Position numbers and translations under genes: made by a program. Under the pieces are notes generated by a model, which was given only the letters and a program-made list of their open reading frames with translations, did no database searches and was not told the origin of the DNA. DNA of 64,000 nt, from contig CAVXYC010000020.1 in the NCBI GenBank assembly GCA_963765765.1, forward strand, positions 704,001 to 768,000, written 5' to 3'. Shown here piece by piece: positions 22,279-32,697 of the stretch (within the stretch, counting starts at the first letter, position 1; each line of letters starts with the position of its first letter). This DNA is from an uncultured Chloroflexia bacterium. Lineage in GTDB: Bacteria > Chloroflexota > UBA6077 > JACCZL01.

Positions 22279-24273
22279 ATGACAGTCTCCAACACATCAG
22301 CCGCCACGACCGCCGCGATGGGCCATTCCGGGACCGTAGATCGCGCACACGTTCACTCATTCACAAGCACGCGCATCCTGGAGATGGCCGTGGTGCTCGT
22401 ACTGCTCACGATTGCGGCGTGGATGCGGCTCGTCAATCTGGGGACGTACAGCGGCTTATTCGACGAGGGAATCCGAGTAGAGCAGCTATTCCTGATGGGC
22501 CAGGGATACCGCCCATTCCGCGACATCTTTGCCGCGCAGGGCCCGCTACTCCTCGATCTGCTCTATCCATTCTTCAGGCTCTATGGCGGAACGCTCGAGG
22601 CCGCGCGCATGGCGGTGGCGACGTACTCGCTACTTGGCATCATGGGTGTGTACCTCGCGGCGCGCCAGGTCGCTGGTGCGATCGGTGGCATCGCCGCCAT
22701 GAGCCTGCTCATCCTCAGCACGCTCTATATCGAGGGGTCCCGTCTGGCGCTCGCGGAAGTAGTAGCGCTCGGATTCGCCGCCCCGGCGGTGGCCGCGGGT
22801 ATTGCGTATAGCAAATCCGGACGTCGGAGCTGGCTTGCCCTCGCCGCCGTGTTCGCGCTGATCAGTCTTCTCGTTAAGCCGATCGCCATTGGCCTGGCCG
22901 TACCGCTTGTGTTAGCTGTAGTACACCGCGGTCGGGCTGGCTTGGTGGACGCCGCGCTTGTGAGTATCATCGCGGCCGCTATTGCAGGACTGGTAGTGCT
23001 TGGCGTTGGATTGGCTGGAGTCCTGGACCAGATCGTGGATTACCGAAAGGTCTCGATCGAAAGCGAAGGCTGGAGCCTGAAGAAGAACTGGCAAGCGCTT
23101 GTCCGAGCCTGGTCATTCGAGCCGCTTGGACTATTCGCGATCGCCGGTGTTGGATCTCTAGCGCTGATCGCTCGAGCACGCTGGAGTGGTCTTCTACTGG
23201 TGAGCTGGGTGGTTGGCTGCCTCGTACTATTACTGAGCTATACGCCACTTCACGGCAAACATGCGGTGACACTCATGCCGTCGATTGCAGCCGTTGCCGG
23301 TGCATCCATCGGCGTAGCATTCAACTCTTTCAAAAACGGTGCAAGCTTGCCGAGGCTGGGCATGGCCATCGCCATCGGCGTGGCGGCGCTGCTCTATGTT
23401 GTAAACCTGCCTTCCGTGTTTGCAGCCGGGACGCAGCTCCTGCGGGTGACAGCGGATACAGATGTAGATCCAGCCATCGAGCAATATGCGAACGCCGTGA
23501 GCGTGATCCACGACCTGACTGACCCGAGCGGCTTCGTGGTGACGGATCATCCGTACCTGACGTTTCTAGCTCAACGCATGGTGCCACCACCGCTCGTGGA
23601 CACGGCAAAGGCACGCATCCGATCACGCTCGCTCACGGCCAACGAGGCCGTCACGATCGCACAATCCTACGACCCATCGATGGTCGTGCTCTGGACTGAT
23701 CGATTGCGGCCGCTCCGCCCGTTCAAACAGTGGGTGGAAGACAACTTCCGATTGGTAAAGGTCTACAACCGTCGCAATGACCTTGATCGCGGCATTTATG
23801 TAAAGCAGGCCGCCGACCTTGGTAGGGTTCGAGATCAGCTCAGCGTTGGAATGACACCAATCGGGCCGGTGCGATTTGCTGATGAGATCGCTCTACTGAG
23901 TTACTCAGTGGACGAGACCATCCTAGACCGCGGCGGGGGAACAGCCGTGACGCTGCACTGGGAAGCGCTTCGCCAGCCAACGCAGGACCATAAGGTGGTC
24001 ACATACATCCGCGGCACGGACGGAAAACAATGGGACGGCCAGCAAGAGTCGCTCAGCGGCGGCAGCATTCCGGTCACTGAATGGCAGCCAGGACGATGGC
24101 TCTTCCAGCAGACCTTCGTGCGAGTGGAGAACAACGTTGCGTCGGGCGAGCACATGCTCACCGTAGGTATTTACGACTCGCGCGGACGCCAGCTCGTTCC
24201 GCCGCGCGCCGATCGGTCGCTCAACGTGCTCGATAGCGGTGAGCTCGTTCTGGCTCGCGTTCACGTGGAGTAA
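22279..24273 (+). CDS. GT-C glycosyltransferase paralogue 4
   Basis: FDEGIR...GYRPFRDIFAAQGPLLLD; LVKP; TDHPY...RMVPPPLVDT; C-terminal Ig-like domain (VTLHWEA...WQPGRW). Confidence 0.87.
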   Translation: MTVSNTSAATTAAMGHSGTVDRAHVHSFTSTRILEMAVVLVLLTIAAWMRLVNLGTYSGLFDEGIRVEQLFLMGQGYRPFRDIFAAQGPLLLDLLYPFFRLYGGTLEAARMAVATYSLLGIMGVYLAARQVAGAIGGIAAMSLLILSTLYIEGSRLALAEVVALGFAAPAVAAGIAYSKSGRRSWLALAAVFALISLLVKPIAIGLAVPLVLAVVHRGRAGLVDAALVSIIAAAIAGLVVLGVGLAGVLDQIVDYRKVSIESEGWSLKKNWQALVRAWSFEPLGLFAIAGVGSLALIARARWSGLLLVSWVVGCLVLLLSYTPLHGKHAVTLMPSIAAVAGASIGVAFNSFKNGASLPRLGMAIAIGVAALLYVVNLPSVFAAGTQLLRVTADTDVDPAIEQYANAVSVIHDLTDPSGFVVTDHPYLTFLAQRMVPPPLVDTAKARIRSRSLTANEAVTIAQSYDPSMVVLWTDRLRPLRPFKQWVEDNFRLVKVYNRRNDLDRGIYVKQAADLGRVRDQLSVGMTPIGPVRFADEIALLSYSVDETILDRGGGTAVTLHWEALRQPTQDHKVVTYIRGTDGKQWDGQQESLSGGSIPVTEWQPGRWLFQQTFVRVENNVASGEHMLTVGIYDSRGRQLVPPRADRSLNVLDSGELVLARVHVE

Positions 24274-24399
24274 GAGGCAGCCGACTCGCTCTGGACTGCT
24301 CGACGGCCCAATCATGACTCGGCTAACATAGCATGTGCCATCGCGCCTTATCGTGCGCTCGGAGGTCCATATGACCTTTGCTGTCTGGATCGCCAGAGC

Positions 24400-25329
24400 T
24401 TGAAGCGCCTCGCTGCTTCCCCCACTAACACCGGTCCCTCCGCCTTGTTGATTCTCCGCATCGCATTGACGGTGCTGTTTGTCGTTGGAGCCGCGTATTC
24501 AATCCAGGCTGGTTGGCATCAGATTGCCGACTACAACTGGCAATTAAACCCGCCGCTGGTCGTGATCGCAACCATGTTGTTTGTGGGCGCCACGCTCCTT
24601 GGCAACATGATTTGGCTGCTACTCATGCGAAGCTTTGGTGCTCACATCGCCGTGCGGCCGGCGTTACGCGTGTACTGCACCTCAAATCTGGGCAAGTACC
24701 TTCCGGGCAAAGTATGGCACGTATTTGCGCGTATTTACCTTGCGCAACAATACGGAGCCCCAGTGGCCCGCGCAACCAGCGGCTCGGTTGTAGATGTGCT
24801 GATCTTTGTAGCGGCCGGATGTGTGGTGAGCGTTTTAGCGCTGCCAACGCTCCTTGGCTGGACGATTGAGCTGCCTCTACTCATCGGATTGATGGTCGTG
24901 ACAGCCGCTGTCATCGGAACGCTTCTGCACCCACTGATTCTGAACACCGTGTTCGCCCTAGGCGGTCGGTTCGCTCCAAAGTTTCGCGACGTCCGCCTGG
25001 AAGTCGGCTTCCCATCAATTCTTCGTATCTTCGGGCTCGACCTGCTTCTCTGGGGCGTAATCTGTGGAGGAGTCTACGCCGCGGTCCAATCGGTGGCGCC
25101 TGTCTCGATAAACTATGCGCCGACCCTTGCAGCAATCTACGCCGTCTCCTACACGTCTGGGCTTATCATGCCTCTTGCACCTGCCGGGTTAGGCGTGCGA
25201 GAAGGCGCAACCATCTTCTTTCTCGCGCCGCTGGTGGGGGCACCCGCCGCGGTGGTCGCAACGGCATTGATACGTGTGCTTCAGGTGCTCGCTGAGAGCC
25301 TGTGCGCCGCCGCGTTCAGCCGACTCTAA
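24400..25329 (+). CDS. Lysylphosphatidylglycerol-synthase-TM / flippase-like (UPF0104) membrane protein
   Basis: About 8 TM segments; SNLGKYLPGKVW and APAGLGVREG motifs. Confidence 0.85.
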   Translation: MKRLAASPTNTGPSALLILRIALTVLFVVGAAYSIQAGWHQIADYNWQLNPPLVVIATMLFVGATLLGNMIWLLLMRSFGAHIAVRPALRVYCTSNLGKYLPGKVWHVFARIYLAQQYGAPVARATSGSVVDVLIFVAAGCVVSVLALPTLLGWTIELPLLIGLMVVTAAVIGTLLHPLILNTVFALGGRFAPKFRDVRLEVGFPSILRIFGLDLLLWGVICGGVYAAVQSVAPVSINYAPTLAAIYAVSYTSGLIMPLAPAGLGVREGATIFFLAPLVGAPAAVVATALIRVLQVLAESLCAAAFSRL

Positions 25330-25345
25330 CGTTCGAGGTATCTCC

Positions 25346-26119
25346 ATGACATTCGGTCCCGGCACCACTCAGGGCTCGCCACCTTCGATCCAAATCGGAA
25401 TTCTCACGGCCGGTAAACCCACGCTCGCGATGGTGCTGGTAAGCCTGATCATGCAGGAAGAGATTCCCATCGATATCTACATCGTAGACACAGCGCAGAG
25501 CCCGGTCATCAAACGTGACGACGTGGTGTTCGCGATGCGGCTGGCATTCGATCGCGGAGTCCGCTGTGGATACGAATACAGCAAGGAGCGCGGGCGAGCA
25601 TTCAGTGTGGGTCGACTCAAGCTATTACAGGAGCTTAAAGGGCCGTACGTCTCATTCGTTGATGATGACATCGTTCTCCCCCCGCGATCGTTTTCAGCAC
25701 TCATGGACTGGTCGCTCAAGCGAGAATCGTTTGGCTTTGTGAGTCCCGTCTGCAAAAACTATGGGGATGCCGATAACCCGTTGCCCGGACGGCCACACTA
25801 CTCTCCCGGCGGACTGATCTGGCAGGACAATACCGTACGCAGCATCCTATTGGAGTATTACGAGAGCACGGTGGATGTGCTTGACGCCAAGGGACAAAAT
25901 CCTCGACTGTGGGAAAAAGCGTTCCTTTCGGAACTCTTCCCCTCCCTTGGTCGCGAAGCCGTCGTTCTCGAAGAGTGCAGCAGTTATCACCTGGACTACA
26001 AGGAGCGGCCACTCCGACACACGGTGGACGAGCGGGTTGTCAACGCGAGTGTTTCCCGAGCCCGAGAAATGGCCAGCGCGGCACTGCACGTCACACCGAA
26101 CGGAGCCGCTGCGGGTTAG
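25346..26119 (+). CDS. GT-A fold (GT2-like) glycosyltransferase
   Basis: IYIVDT and YVSFVDDDIVL (DxD); GAGG before ATG 25346. Confidence 0.7.
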   Translation: MTFGPGTTQGSPPSIQIGILTAGKPTLAMVLVSLIMQEEIPIDIYIVDTAQSPVIKRDDVVFAMRLAFDRGVRCGYEYSKERGRAFSVGRLKLLQELKGPYVSFVDDDIVLPPRSFSALMDWSLKRESFGFVSPVCKNYGDADNPLPGRPHYSPGGLIWQDNTVRSILLEYYESTVDVLDAKGQNPRLWEKAFLSELFPSLGREAVVLEECSSYHLDYKERPLRHTVDERVVNASVSRAREMASAALHVTPNGAAAG

Positions 26120-26359
26120 CCTTCGCGGTTCCACGGTCGCCAGTTCCCCCGAGGACTTCATGGTGATCCGTACATGCTCCAACGCCTGTGCGCACCAAGT
26201 ACGGCATGGTCATCGACGGGATCCCCGCGGACCGGCTCGCCATGTCATCCCGAGGAAGGGAAATACACCGTCCGACCGTGTTCAGGAGAGACGCGAAGGG
26301 CTGAGCGGCCATCGACGGCTACCGATGCACGCTGACGGTGCCCAACTTGAGCAACTCCG

Positions 26360-26752
26360 CTACGACACGCGCACCGGTCCACCGCTCGACGTGAATCGCA
26401 TTCGCTGCCCAGCGGTCACCTGACGTTCAGTGAACCAGCCTTGGCTCACTTCGAGAACGTATTGATACGCGCGTGATGGTTGATATGGCCGATCTTTCCC
26501 GGCATTGATGTCGGCGATTTCGAGCAGTGTGCCGTCCGCTGCGATGAATCCGGCGCTAAGCGGGATCAGTACATCACGACCCCAGAATGCCTGGCGCGTC
26601 TCCGAAGGAAACACGAAGAGCATTCCGTGGTCTGCCTGAAGCGACGGTCGGAACATGAGTCCGCGAGCGCGGCTTACCGGATCTGACGCCAGCTCCACGG
26701 TCGCTCGCGCATCTGGCGCACCGACGAATTCCACGTACGCGTCCGAGCTCAT
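26360..26752 (-). CDS. DUF192 family protein
   Basis: VELA...RARGLMFR...GMLFVF...FW...IPLS...YVLEV..G. Confidence 0.88.
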   Translation of the reverse strand: MSSDAYVEFVGAPDARATVELASDPVSRARGLMFRPSLQADHGMLFVFPSETRQAFWGRDVLIPLSAGFIAADGTLLEIADINAGKDRPYQPSRAYQYVLEVSQGWFTERQVTAGQRMRFTSSGGPVRVS

Positions 26753-26777
26753 ATGTATGCGAAATCGCGGATTAGGA

Positions 26778-27644
26778 TCAGTGCCCGTTCGCCTCAGCGG
26801 CCGTCATGGGAGCCTGAATCTCAAACAGAGTCGGCCAGCGCTTCCCCGTGACGAAGAGCCGCCCTGTATCGGAATCGTAGGCAATCCCGTTCAACACGTC
26901 ATCTCGCGATGATACAGGCGCTGAGTTCAGATCAGTGAAGTCGAGCCACGAACAGACGTTCCCTGTACTCGGGTCGATGATGGCGATTCGGTCGGTCTGC
27001 CAGACATTCGCGTAGACTGCGCCATTGATGAACTCCAGCTCATTTAGCGAATAGATGGGACGGCCGCCCGCTCGAACCGCGACCTGCCCCACTTCCGAAA
27101 ACGTATCCGGGTCAAGAAACCGCAGGATATCCGACCCGTCACTCAGAATGAAGCGGCTGCCATCATAGGTGAGACCCCAGCCCTCAGTCGGATAATTGAA
27201 GGTTCCGACCAAGGTGAACGTCTCGCGGTCGTAGACGTAGCCCACATGCGAACGCCAGGAGAGCTGGGCGATCCGCTCGCCAAATACGGCGATACCCTCA
27301 CCAAAGATGTCGCGGGGGAGGTCGATCTGCTGCAGTACTGTTCCGGTTGCCATGTCCACGCGACGGAGGGTTGACTCGCCGTACCAGCCCGTGCCCTCAT
27401 AGAGATTCCCGTCGGAGATCGTCAGTCCTTGCGTATATGCCCTTGGGTCGTGCGGGAAGGACTGGATGACCGGCGGAGACGTCACCGGCACGGATGCTTC
27501 GTCACCGGCGCTGCCGCAGAGGGACTGAGCTCGGAGCGAATCCGTCCCGAAGCTTGCAACGACTACGGCCAGTGTTGCAATAGCAGCTAAGAGAGTGAGG
27601 TTGACGAGTTTCACAAATTGAGTCAATCTGGCATTCACCTGCAA
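26778..27644 (-). CDS. Glutaminyl-peptide cyclotransferase, exported
   Basis: FPHDPRAYTQGL, FGEGI, EGWGLT, LNELE, ANVWQTD, VLNGIAYD, VTGKRWP. Confidence 0.93.
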   Translation of the reverse strand: MQVNARLTQFVKLVNLTLLAAIATLAVVVASFGTDSLRAQSLCGSAGDEASVPVTSPPVIQSFPHDPRAYTQGLTISDGNLYEGTGWYGESTLRRVDMATGTVLQQIDLPRDIFGEGIAVFGERIAQLSWRSHVGYVYDRETFTLVGTFNYPTEGWGLTYDGSRFILSDGSDILRFLDPDTFSEVGQVAVRAGGRPIYSLNELEFINGAVYANVWQTDRIAIIDPSTGNVCSWLDFTDLNSAPVSSRDDVLNGIAYDSDTGRLFVTGKRWPTLFEIQAPMTAAEANGH

Positions 27645-27729
27645 TCCCAGCGATCACTCACCCGTTCAACGTGTAAGATCGCTACAGCCATTAGATGGCG
27701 TTTATCAGCCTCACCCATGGATGTGAACG

Positions 27730-27891
27730 ATGATCGATCAGAAACTCCTCGATATTCTTGCCTGCCCGCTCTGTAAGACTCCGGTGAAGCAAGAAGACGA
27801 CCGGCTGGTATGTACCCAGTGCGGTCGCCGCTATCCCGTACGCGACGGCATCCCCGTCATGCTGATCGAGGAAGCCGAATCGGGCGAGTAG
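27730..27891 (+). CDS. Trm112/YcaR-family small protein (below ORF-track cutoff)
   Basis: MIDQKLLDILACPLCKTPV...LVCTQCGRRYPVRDGIPVML, 53 aa. Confidence 0.92.
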   Translation: MIDQKLLDILACPLCKTPVKQEDDRLVCTQCGRRYPVRDGIPVMLIEEAESGE

Positions 27892-27898
27892 CTGCTCG

Positions 27899-28648
27899 CT
27901 ACTCGCCGCGCTTGAAACTCGCGGCGAGTCGATCGCGATTGAGCCTGGCAATCGCGTCAAGAGTGATGCCTTTAGGGCACACGGCTTCGCACTCGCCATG
28001 GTTCGTACAAGCTCCAAATCCGGCCTCGTCCATAGCCATGACCATGCTGACCGCGCGGGACGTTCGTTCCGGTTGGCCTTGTGGCAAGCTGCCCAGGTGG
28101 GACACTTTTGCCGAGGTAAACAGCATCGCCGACGCGTTTGGACACGACGCCACGCACGCCCCACAGGCGATGCATTCGGCATTGCTCATGGCCCGCTCTG
28201 CATCCACTTTTGGCACGGGTACTGAGTTCGCTTCGGGGGCGCTACCAGTATCGGTGGAGATGTACCCGCCCGCTTGAATGATCTTATCGAAAGCGGACCG
28301 ATCGACCATCAGATCCTTGAGCACGGGAAACGCTCGAGCCCGAAACGGCTCGATGGTGATGGTGTCTCCATCGTTGAAGAACCGCATGTGGAGCTGACAG
28401 GTCGTCGTCAGAGCATTCGGCCCATGCGCAATTCCATCGATCATGAACCCACACGTGCCGCAGATCCCTTCACGGCAATCATGATCGAACGCAATTGGCT
28501 CGTCGCCATTAGTGATGAGATTCTCATTCACGACGTCGAGCATCTCGAGAAATGACATGTGCTCACTGATATCGCGAGCTGGGTATGTGACGAACTTACC
28601 CTCCGCCTCCCGGCTCGGTTGTCGCCACACCTTGAGCGTGAGATTCAT
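27899..28648 (-). CDS. sdhB: Succinate dehydrogenase/fumarate reductase Fe-S subunit (operon 1)
   Basis: [36 protein letters not shown]. Confidence 0.95.
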   Translation of the reverse strand: MNLTLKVWRQPSREAEGKFVTYPARDISEHMSFLEMLDVVNENLITNGDEPIAFDHDCREGICGTCGFMIDGIAHGPNALTTTCQLHMRFFNDGDTITIEPFRARAFPVLKDLMVDRSAFDKIIQAGGYISTDTGSAPEANSVPVPKVDAERAMSNAECIACGACVASCPNASAMLFTSAKVSHLGSLPQGQPERTSRAVSMVMAMDEAGFGACTNHGECEAVCPKGITLDAIARLNRDRLAASFKRGE

Positions 28649-28741
28649 CGAGGAATTCCTCCGGAGCACGAGTGAAGCGTCATGTGTGATGAGTAATGAG
28701 TCGCACTTGACCGAAACTCATCACACTTGACTCATCACTCA

Positions 28742-30748
28742 TTACTTGTAACTACGTGTTGCCAGGTGAACGACTTCGAACTCGAGCGGCTCTTTGTGAA
28801 GCCTCGGTTTTGCGAGATCGCCAGTGTATTCCCACGCGGAAACATGACTGAAGTTCTCGTCGTCGCGCTGAGCTTCACCCTCTTCTGTCTGACTTTCCAC
28901 TCTGAAGTGGCCACCGCACGACTCCGTGCGAACCCATGCATCCAGTGAGAGGAGCTCCGCGAACTCGAGGAAATCGGCCACTCGGCCGGCAATTTCGAGA
29001 TTCTGGTTTATGGACTCCACTGTCCCCGGTACACGAAGGTTCTGCCAGAACTCGTCTCGTATCTGAGGAATTCGGTCCAGCGCGGAGCGCAAACTTTGGT
29101 CACTCCTCGCCATGCCCACGTCCTCCCACATGAGCTTGCCCAGCTCACGATGGAACGAGTCAGGGCTGCGATTGCCCTTGAGCGAAAGAAACCGGTTCGT
29201 GCGGTCGCGCACTTCGGCTTCAACCTGATCGAAGGCAGGGTGATCAGCGGTGAGTCCATCGGGTCGATGATCGGCCAGGAAGTTGGGCACCGTGGCGGGT
29301 AACACCCAGTAGCCATCGGCCAACCCCTGCATGAGTGCCGAAGCCCCCAATCGGTTGGCACCGTGGTCCGAGAAATTTGCCTCGCCGCCCACGAACAGTC
29401 CCGGGATCGTGCTTTCCAGGTTGTAATCCACCCATAGACCGCCCATGGTGTAGTGGACGGCCGGGTAAATGCGCATGGGCACCTGATAGGCATTCTCGCC
29501 CGTAATGCGCTCGTACATATCGAAGAGGTTGCCGTAGCGTGCCTGAATAGTGCTCAAGCCGAGTCGCTTGATGGCATCCGAGAAATCGAGGTACACGCCA
29601 AACCCGCCCGGTCCCACGCCCCGTCCCATATCGCACGCCTCTTTTGCGCTGCGGGAGGCAATGTCGCGGGGAGCGAGATTGCCGTAGCTCGGGTACTTGC
29701 GCTCCAGGTAGTAGTCGCGCTCGTTTTCGGGGATCGTGTCCGGCGAACGGAGATCTCCGGCGACTTTCGGCACCCATACGCGGCCGTCGTTACGCAAAGA
29801 TTCGCTCATCAGGGTGAGCTTGCTCTGGTAATCGCCGCTTACGGGAATACAGGTCGGGTGGATCTGGGTGTAGCAGGGATTGGCCATATAGGCGCCGCGC
29901 TTGTGCGCTCGCCAGATGGCAGTGACGTTGCAGCCCTTAGCGTTGGTGGACAGGTAGAAGACGTTGCCGTACCCGCCCGTGGCCAAGATAACCACATCGG
30001 CGGCATGCCGCTGAATCTCCCCAGTGACCATATCGCGTACGATGATTCCCCGGGCTCGTCCATCGATCACCACCAGATCAAGCATCTCGGTTCGGGGGTG
30101 CATGGTCACCGTGCCGAGAGAGATCTGTCGGCAAAGTGCCTGATAGGCACCCAGTAGGAGCTGCTGACCAGTCTGGCCGCGCGCATAAAACGTCCGGCTC
30201 ACCTGCGCGCCACCGAAAGAGCGCGTATCCAGCAATCCGCCGTATTCCCGCGCAAATGGGACGCCCTGGGCGGTGCATTGGTCGATGATGTTGGCACTCA
30301 CCTCGGCCAATCGGTAGACGTTGGCCTCACGAGAGCGGAAATCACCACCCTTGACGGTGTCGTAGAACAAGCGCATGACGCTGTCGCCGTCATTGCGATA
30401 ATTCTTGGCCGCGTTGATGCCGCCCTGCGCGGCGATACTGTGCGCGCGCCGCGGACTGTCCTGGTAGCAAAAGCAGTCCACGTTGTATCCCTGCTCACCC
30501 AGGGTCGCGGCCGCGGCACCGCCGGCAAGTCCAGAGCCAACCACGATCACCCGGTAGCGTCGACGATTGGCGGGATTCACCAGCTTCATCTCGAAACGGT
30601 GTTTTTCCCACATGCCCTCGACAGGTCCGTCTGGGAGATGGGCATCCAGGGACCCGGGTGGCGCTTCGCGATACTGACGCGGCGGCGTTGACGTTGGCGC
30701 CGTGGGGCGCGCCGGGGCAACGACGTTGCTTGTCACTGTGGCCTCCAT
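28742..30748 (-). CDS. sdhA: Succinate dehydrogenase/fumarate reductase flavoprotein (operon 1)
   Basis: [56 protein letters not shown]. Confidence 0.96.
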   Translation of the reverse strand: MEATVTSNVVAPARPTAPTSTPPRQYREAPPGSLDAHLPDGPVEGMWEKHRFEMKLVNPANRRRYRVIVVGSGLAGGAAAATLGEQGYNVDCFCYQDSPRRAHSIAAQGGINAAKNYRNDGDSVMRLFYDTVKGGDFRSREANVYRLAEVSANIIDQCTAQGVPFAREYGGLLDTRSFGGAQVSRTFYARGQTGQQLLLGAYQALCRQISLGTVTMHPRTEMLDLVVIDGRARGIIVRDMVTGEIQRHAADVVILATGGYGNVFYLSTNAKGCNVTAIWRAHKRGAYMANPCYTQIHPTCIPVSGDYQSKLTLMSESLRNDGRVWVPKVAGDLRSPDTIPENERDYYLERKYPSYGNLAPRDIASRSAKEACDMGRGVGPGGFGVYLDFSDAIKRLGLSTIQARYGNLFDMYERITGENAYQVPMRIYPAVHYTMGGLWVDYNLESTIPGLFVGGEANFSDHGANRLGASALMQGLADGYWVLPATVPNFLADHRPDGLTADHPAFDQVEAEVRDRTNRFLSLKGNRSPDSFHRELGKLMWEDVGMARSDQSLRSALDRIPQIRDEFWQNLRVPGTVESINQNLEIAGRVADFLEFAELLSLDAWVRTESCGGHFRVESQTEEGEAQRDDENFSHVSAWEYTGDLAKPRLHKEPLEFEVVHLATRSYK

Positions 30749-31432
30749 CTATTTCACAAGACCCAGCATGACGCTGAGTGGAATCGAGATATTGCCCACG
30801 GCGATGATGACCGCGAAGAGCGTGGCAAATCCTCGGAAGAATTGATTGTTGCCGCCGTTCCGTAAGCCGAGCGTCTGAAACATGCTCCAGACACCATGCT
30901 GCAGATGGAACGCCAGCGCCACCATCGCCAGGATGTAGAAGGCGGACACGATGGGATTTCGGAAACCATTCACAATGTTTTCATAGACGTTACCGTGGTG
31001 AAACGGCGTACCGCCCATGCCCAAGGTGAGATGCATCACGTGATAAATGATGAACAGAGCGATGATCACCCCGCCCCAGCGCATGGTTCGGGAGGCGTAT
31101 GTCTGAGCCTGCCCCTTCTTCTTGGCATAGGCAATGGGGCGCGCCGAAGTATCCAGGCGGGCGAGCTGGTATGCGGCAACGATATGGATGATCACCGCGG
31201 CCAGAAGCACGATCCGCGCGAGCCAGAGGCCCTGCTCATGACCGAGCAGCGGTGATCCAAGCTCACGGAGCTGAACCGCGTATGTATCGATGATCTCCTT
31301 GCCGAAGTAAATCTTCAGATTGCCCACCATGTGGACGAATACGTAGGCGAACAGGATCAATCCGGAGATCGCCATCGCGATCTTTTTTCCGATCGTACTG
31401 CCGTACAGCGATAGCGACGCGGTACCGATCAT
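30749..31432 (-). CDS. sdhC: Succinate dehydrogenase cytochrome b558 subunit (single anchor, type B-like)
   Basis: STIGKKIAMAISG, HMVGNL, ASRTMRWGG, HLQHGVWSMFQTLG; 5 TM with His ligands; GGAGG before ATG 31432. Confidence 0.92.
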   Translation of the reverse strand: MIGTASLSLYGSTIGKKIAMAISGLILFAYVFVHMVGNLKIYFGKEIIDTYAVQLRELGSPLLGHEQGLWLARIVLLAAVIIHIVAAYQLARLDTSARPIAYAKKKGQAQTYASRTMRWGGVIIALFIIYHVMHLTLGMGGTPFHHGNVYENIVNGFRNPIVSAFYILAMVALAFHLQHGVWSMFQTLGLRNGGNNQFFRGFATLFAVIIAVGNISIPLSVMLGLVK

Positions 31433-31568
31433 TCCAACGATTCCTCCAACCGAGACACACGAACCACGGGCGGCAATCGGCTCCAATCATAGGGGCGTGA
31501 GCCGTCCTCTAAGCAAGAGGATACGAATCAATGTTTAAGAAGTAAAATATATGACAAGTATCATTATG

Positions 31569-31583
31569 ATAGCCGCAGACTAT
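31569..31583. promoter_or_regulatory. Putative LysR binding box
   Basis: ATAG-N7-CTAT (T-N11-A dyad) in the AT-rich divergent sdhC/LysR spacer, overlapping a TATCAT-T-ATGATA palindrome. Confidence 0.6.
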
Positions 31584-31690
31584 GGAATGTAGTGGAGATT
31601 AGGTCGACCGCAGTCCGTTGAGAATGGCGTTGCAGCCCATCCCACACTCATCTTCCGCCTGATGGGTAACACGCGAGCGGAGTAAGCCAT

Positions 31691-32575
31691 ATGGAGCTTC
31701 ATCAGCTTCAATATTTCATAGCCATCGCAGAGCATGGCCACTTCACGCGAGCAGCGGCCTCACTTCACGTTGCCCAGCCGTCCGTCAGCCAGCAGATCCG
31801 AAAGCTCGAGACGGAACTCGGAGCAGAGCTTTTCCATCGCCTCAAGCGCAACGTCACGCTCACCGAGGCGGGTGAGGCCCTTCTGCCCTGGGCTCGGCGC
31901 ATCGTAAGCAACATCGACGCGGCCCGCACCGACGTTCAGGAGCTGTCCAACCTGGAACGCGGTCGCATTAGCATTGGGGCAACCCCGAGCATCGGCACCC
32001 ACTTCCTACCGGCTACAGTAGCGGCCTTTCACCGGACGCACCCCGGGATCACGTTCGTACTTCGCGAGGCCGGCTCTCGAATTCTGTCCTCGGCCCTGGA
32101 AGCGGGCGAGCTTGACCTGGCCCTCTTGATCTTACCGGTCGCTCAATCGGCCATTGAGACAGAGATACTCATCGAGGAGCCAATTCTGGTCGCCGTGCCG
32201 CCGGACCACCCCTTATCCGGACGCACATCGGTACGAATTTCGGACCTGCGAGCCGAGCCTTTTGTCCTTTATCGGGACGGATACGACCTCCGCGAGGTCA
32301 CACTCTCAGCGTGTCACCAGGCCGGGTTCCAGCCGCATGTGTCCCTGGATGGCGGCGAGATGGATAGCGTGGCGCGTTTCGTGAACGCTGGTATGGGTGT
32401 CGCGCTAGTTCCGGCGATGGCATTCGGATCGGATGAGCGCACCGGCATTCCAATTCGCGAGCCAGGACTCACCCGCTCGATTGGTGTCGCCTATCGGCGA
32501 GAGCGAAAACTCTCCGCTGGCACACGTGCGTTCATCGAGCTACTGAGGGAGCGCGTGACAGGCTGCGGCGAGTAG
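31691..32575 (+). CDS. LysR-family transcriptional regulator
   Basis: MELHQLQYF...FTRAAASLHVAQPSVSQQIRKLETELG. Confidence 0.96.
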   Translation: MELHQLQYFIAIAEHGHFTRAAASLHVAQPSVSQQIRKLETELGAELFHRLKRNVTLTEAGEALLPWARRIVSNIDAARTDVQELSNLERGRISIGATPSIGTHFLPATVAAFHRTHPGITFVLREAGSRILSSALEAGELDLALLILPVAQSAIETEILIEEPILVAVPPDHPLSGRTSVRISDLRAEPFVLYRDGYDLREVTLSACHQAGFQPHVSLDGGEMDSVARFVNAGMGVALVPAMAFGSDERTGIPIREPGLTRSIGVAYRRERKLSAGTRAFIELLRERVTGCGE

Positions 32576-32697
32576 CGGGCCTCCGAATGTCAGCAAAGCG
32601 GGCCTCTGGACCCGCGCGTCAAGGCCAGGGCTGATTCACCTACCAAGACTCGCCGGCCCGGAGGCCCGCCCTAGTGACGTTTACTCACGGGCGCCGA

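Noticed and set aside
26190-26305. Short frame containing GIPADRLAMSSRG, reminiscent of an OmpA-like C-terminal motif
   Set aside because: Too short, with no start context or other family motifs; chance or an unidentifiable remnant.
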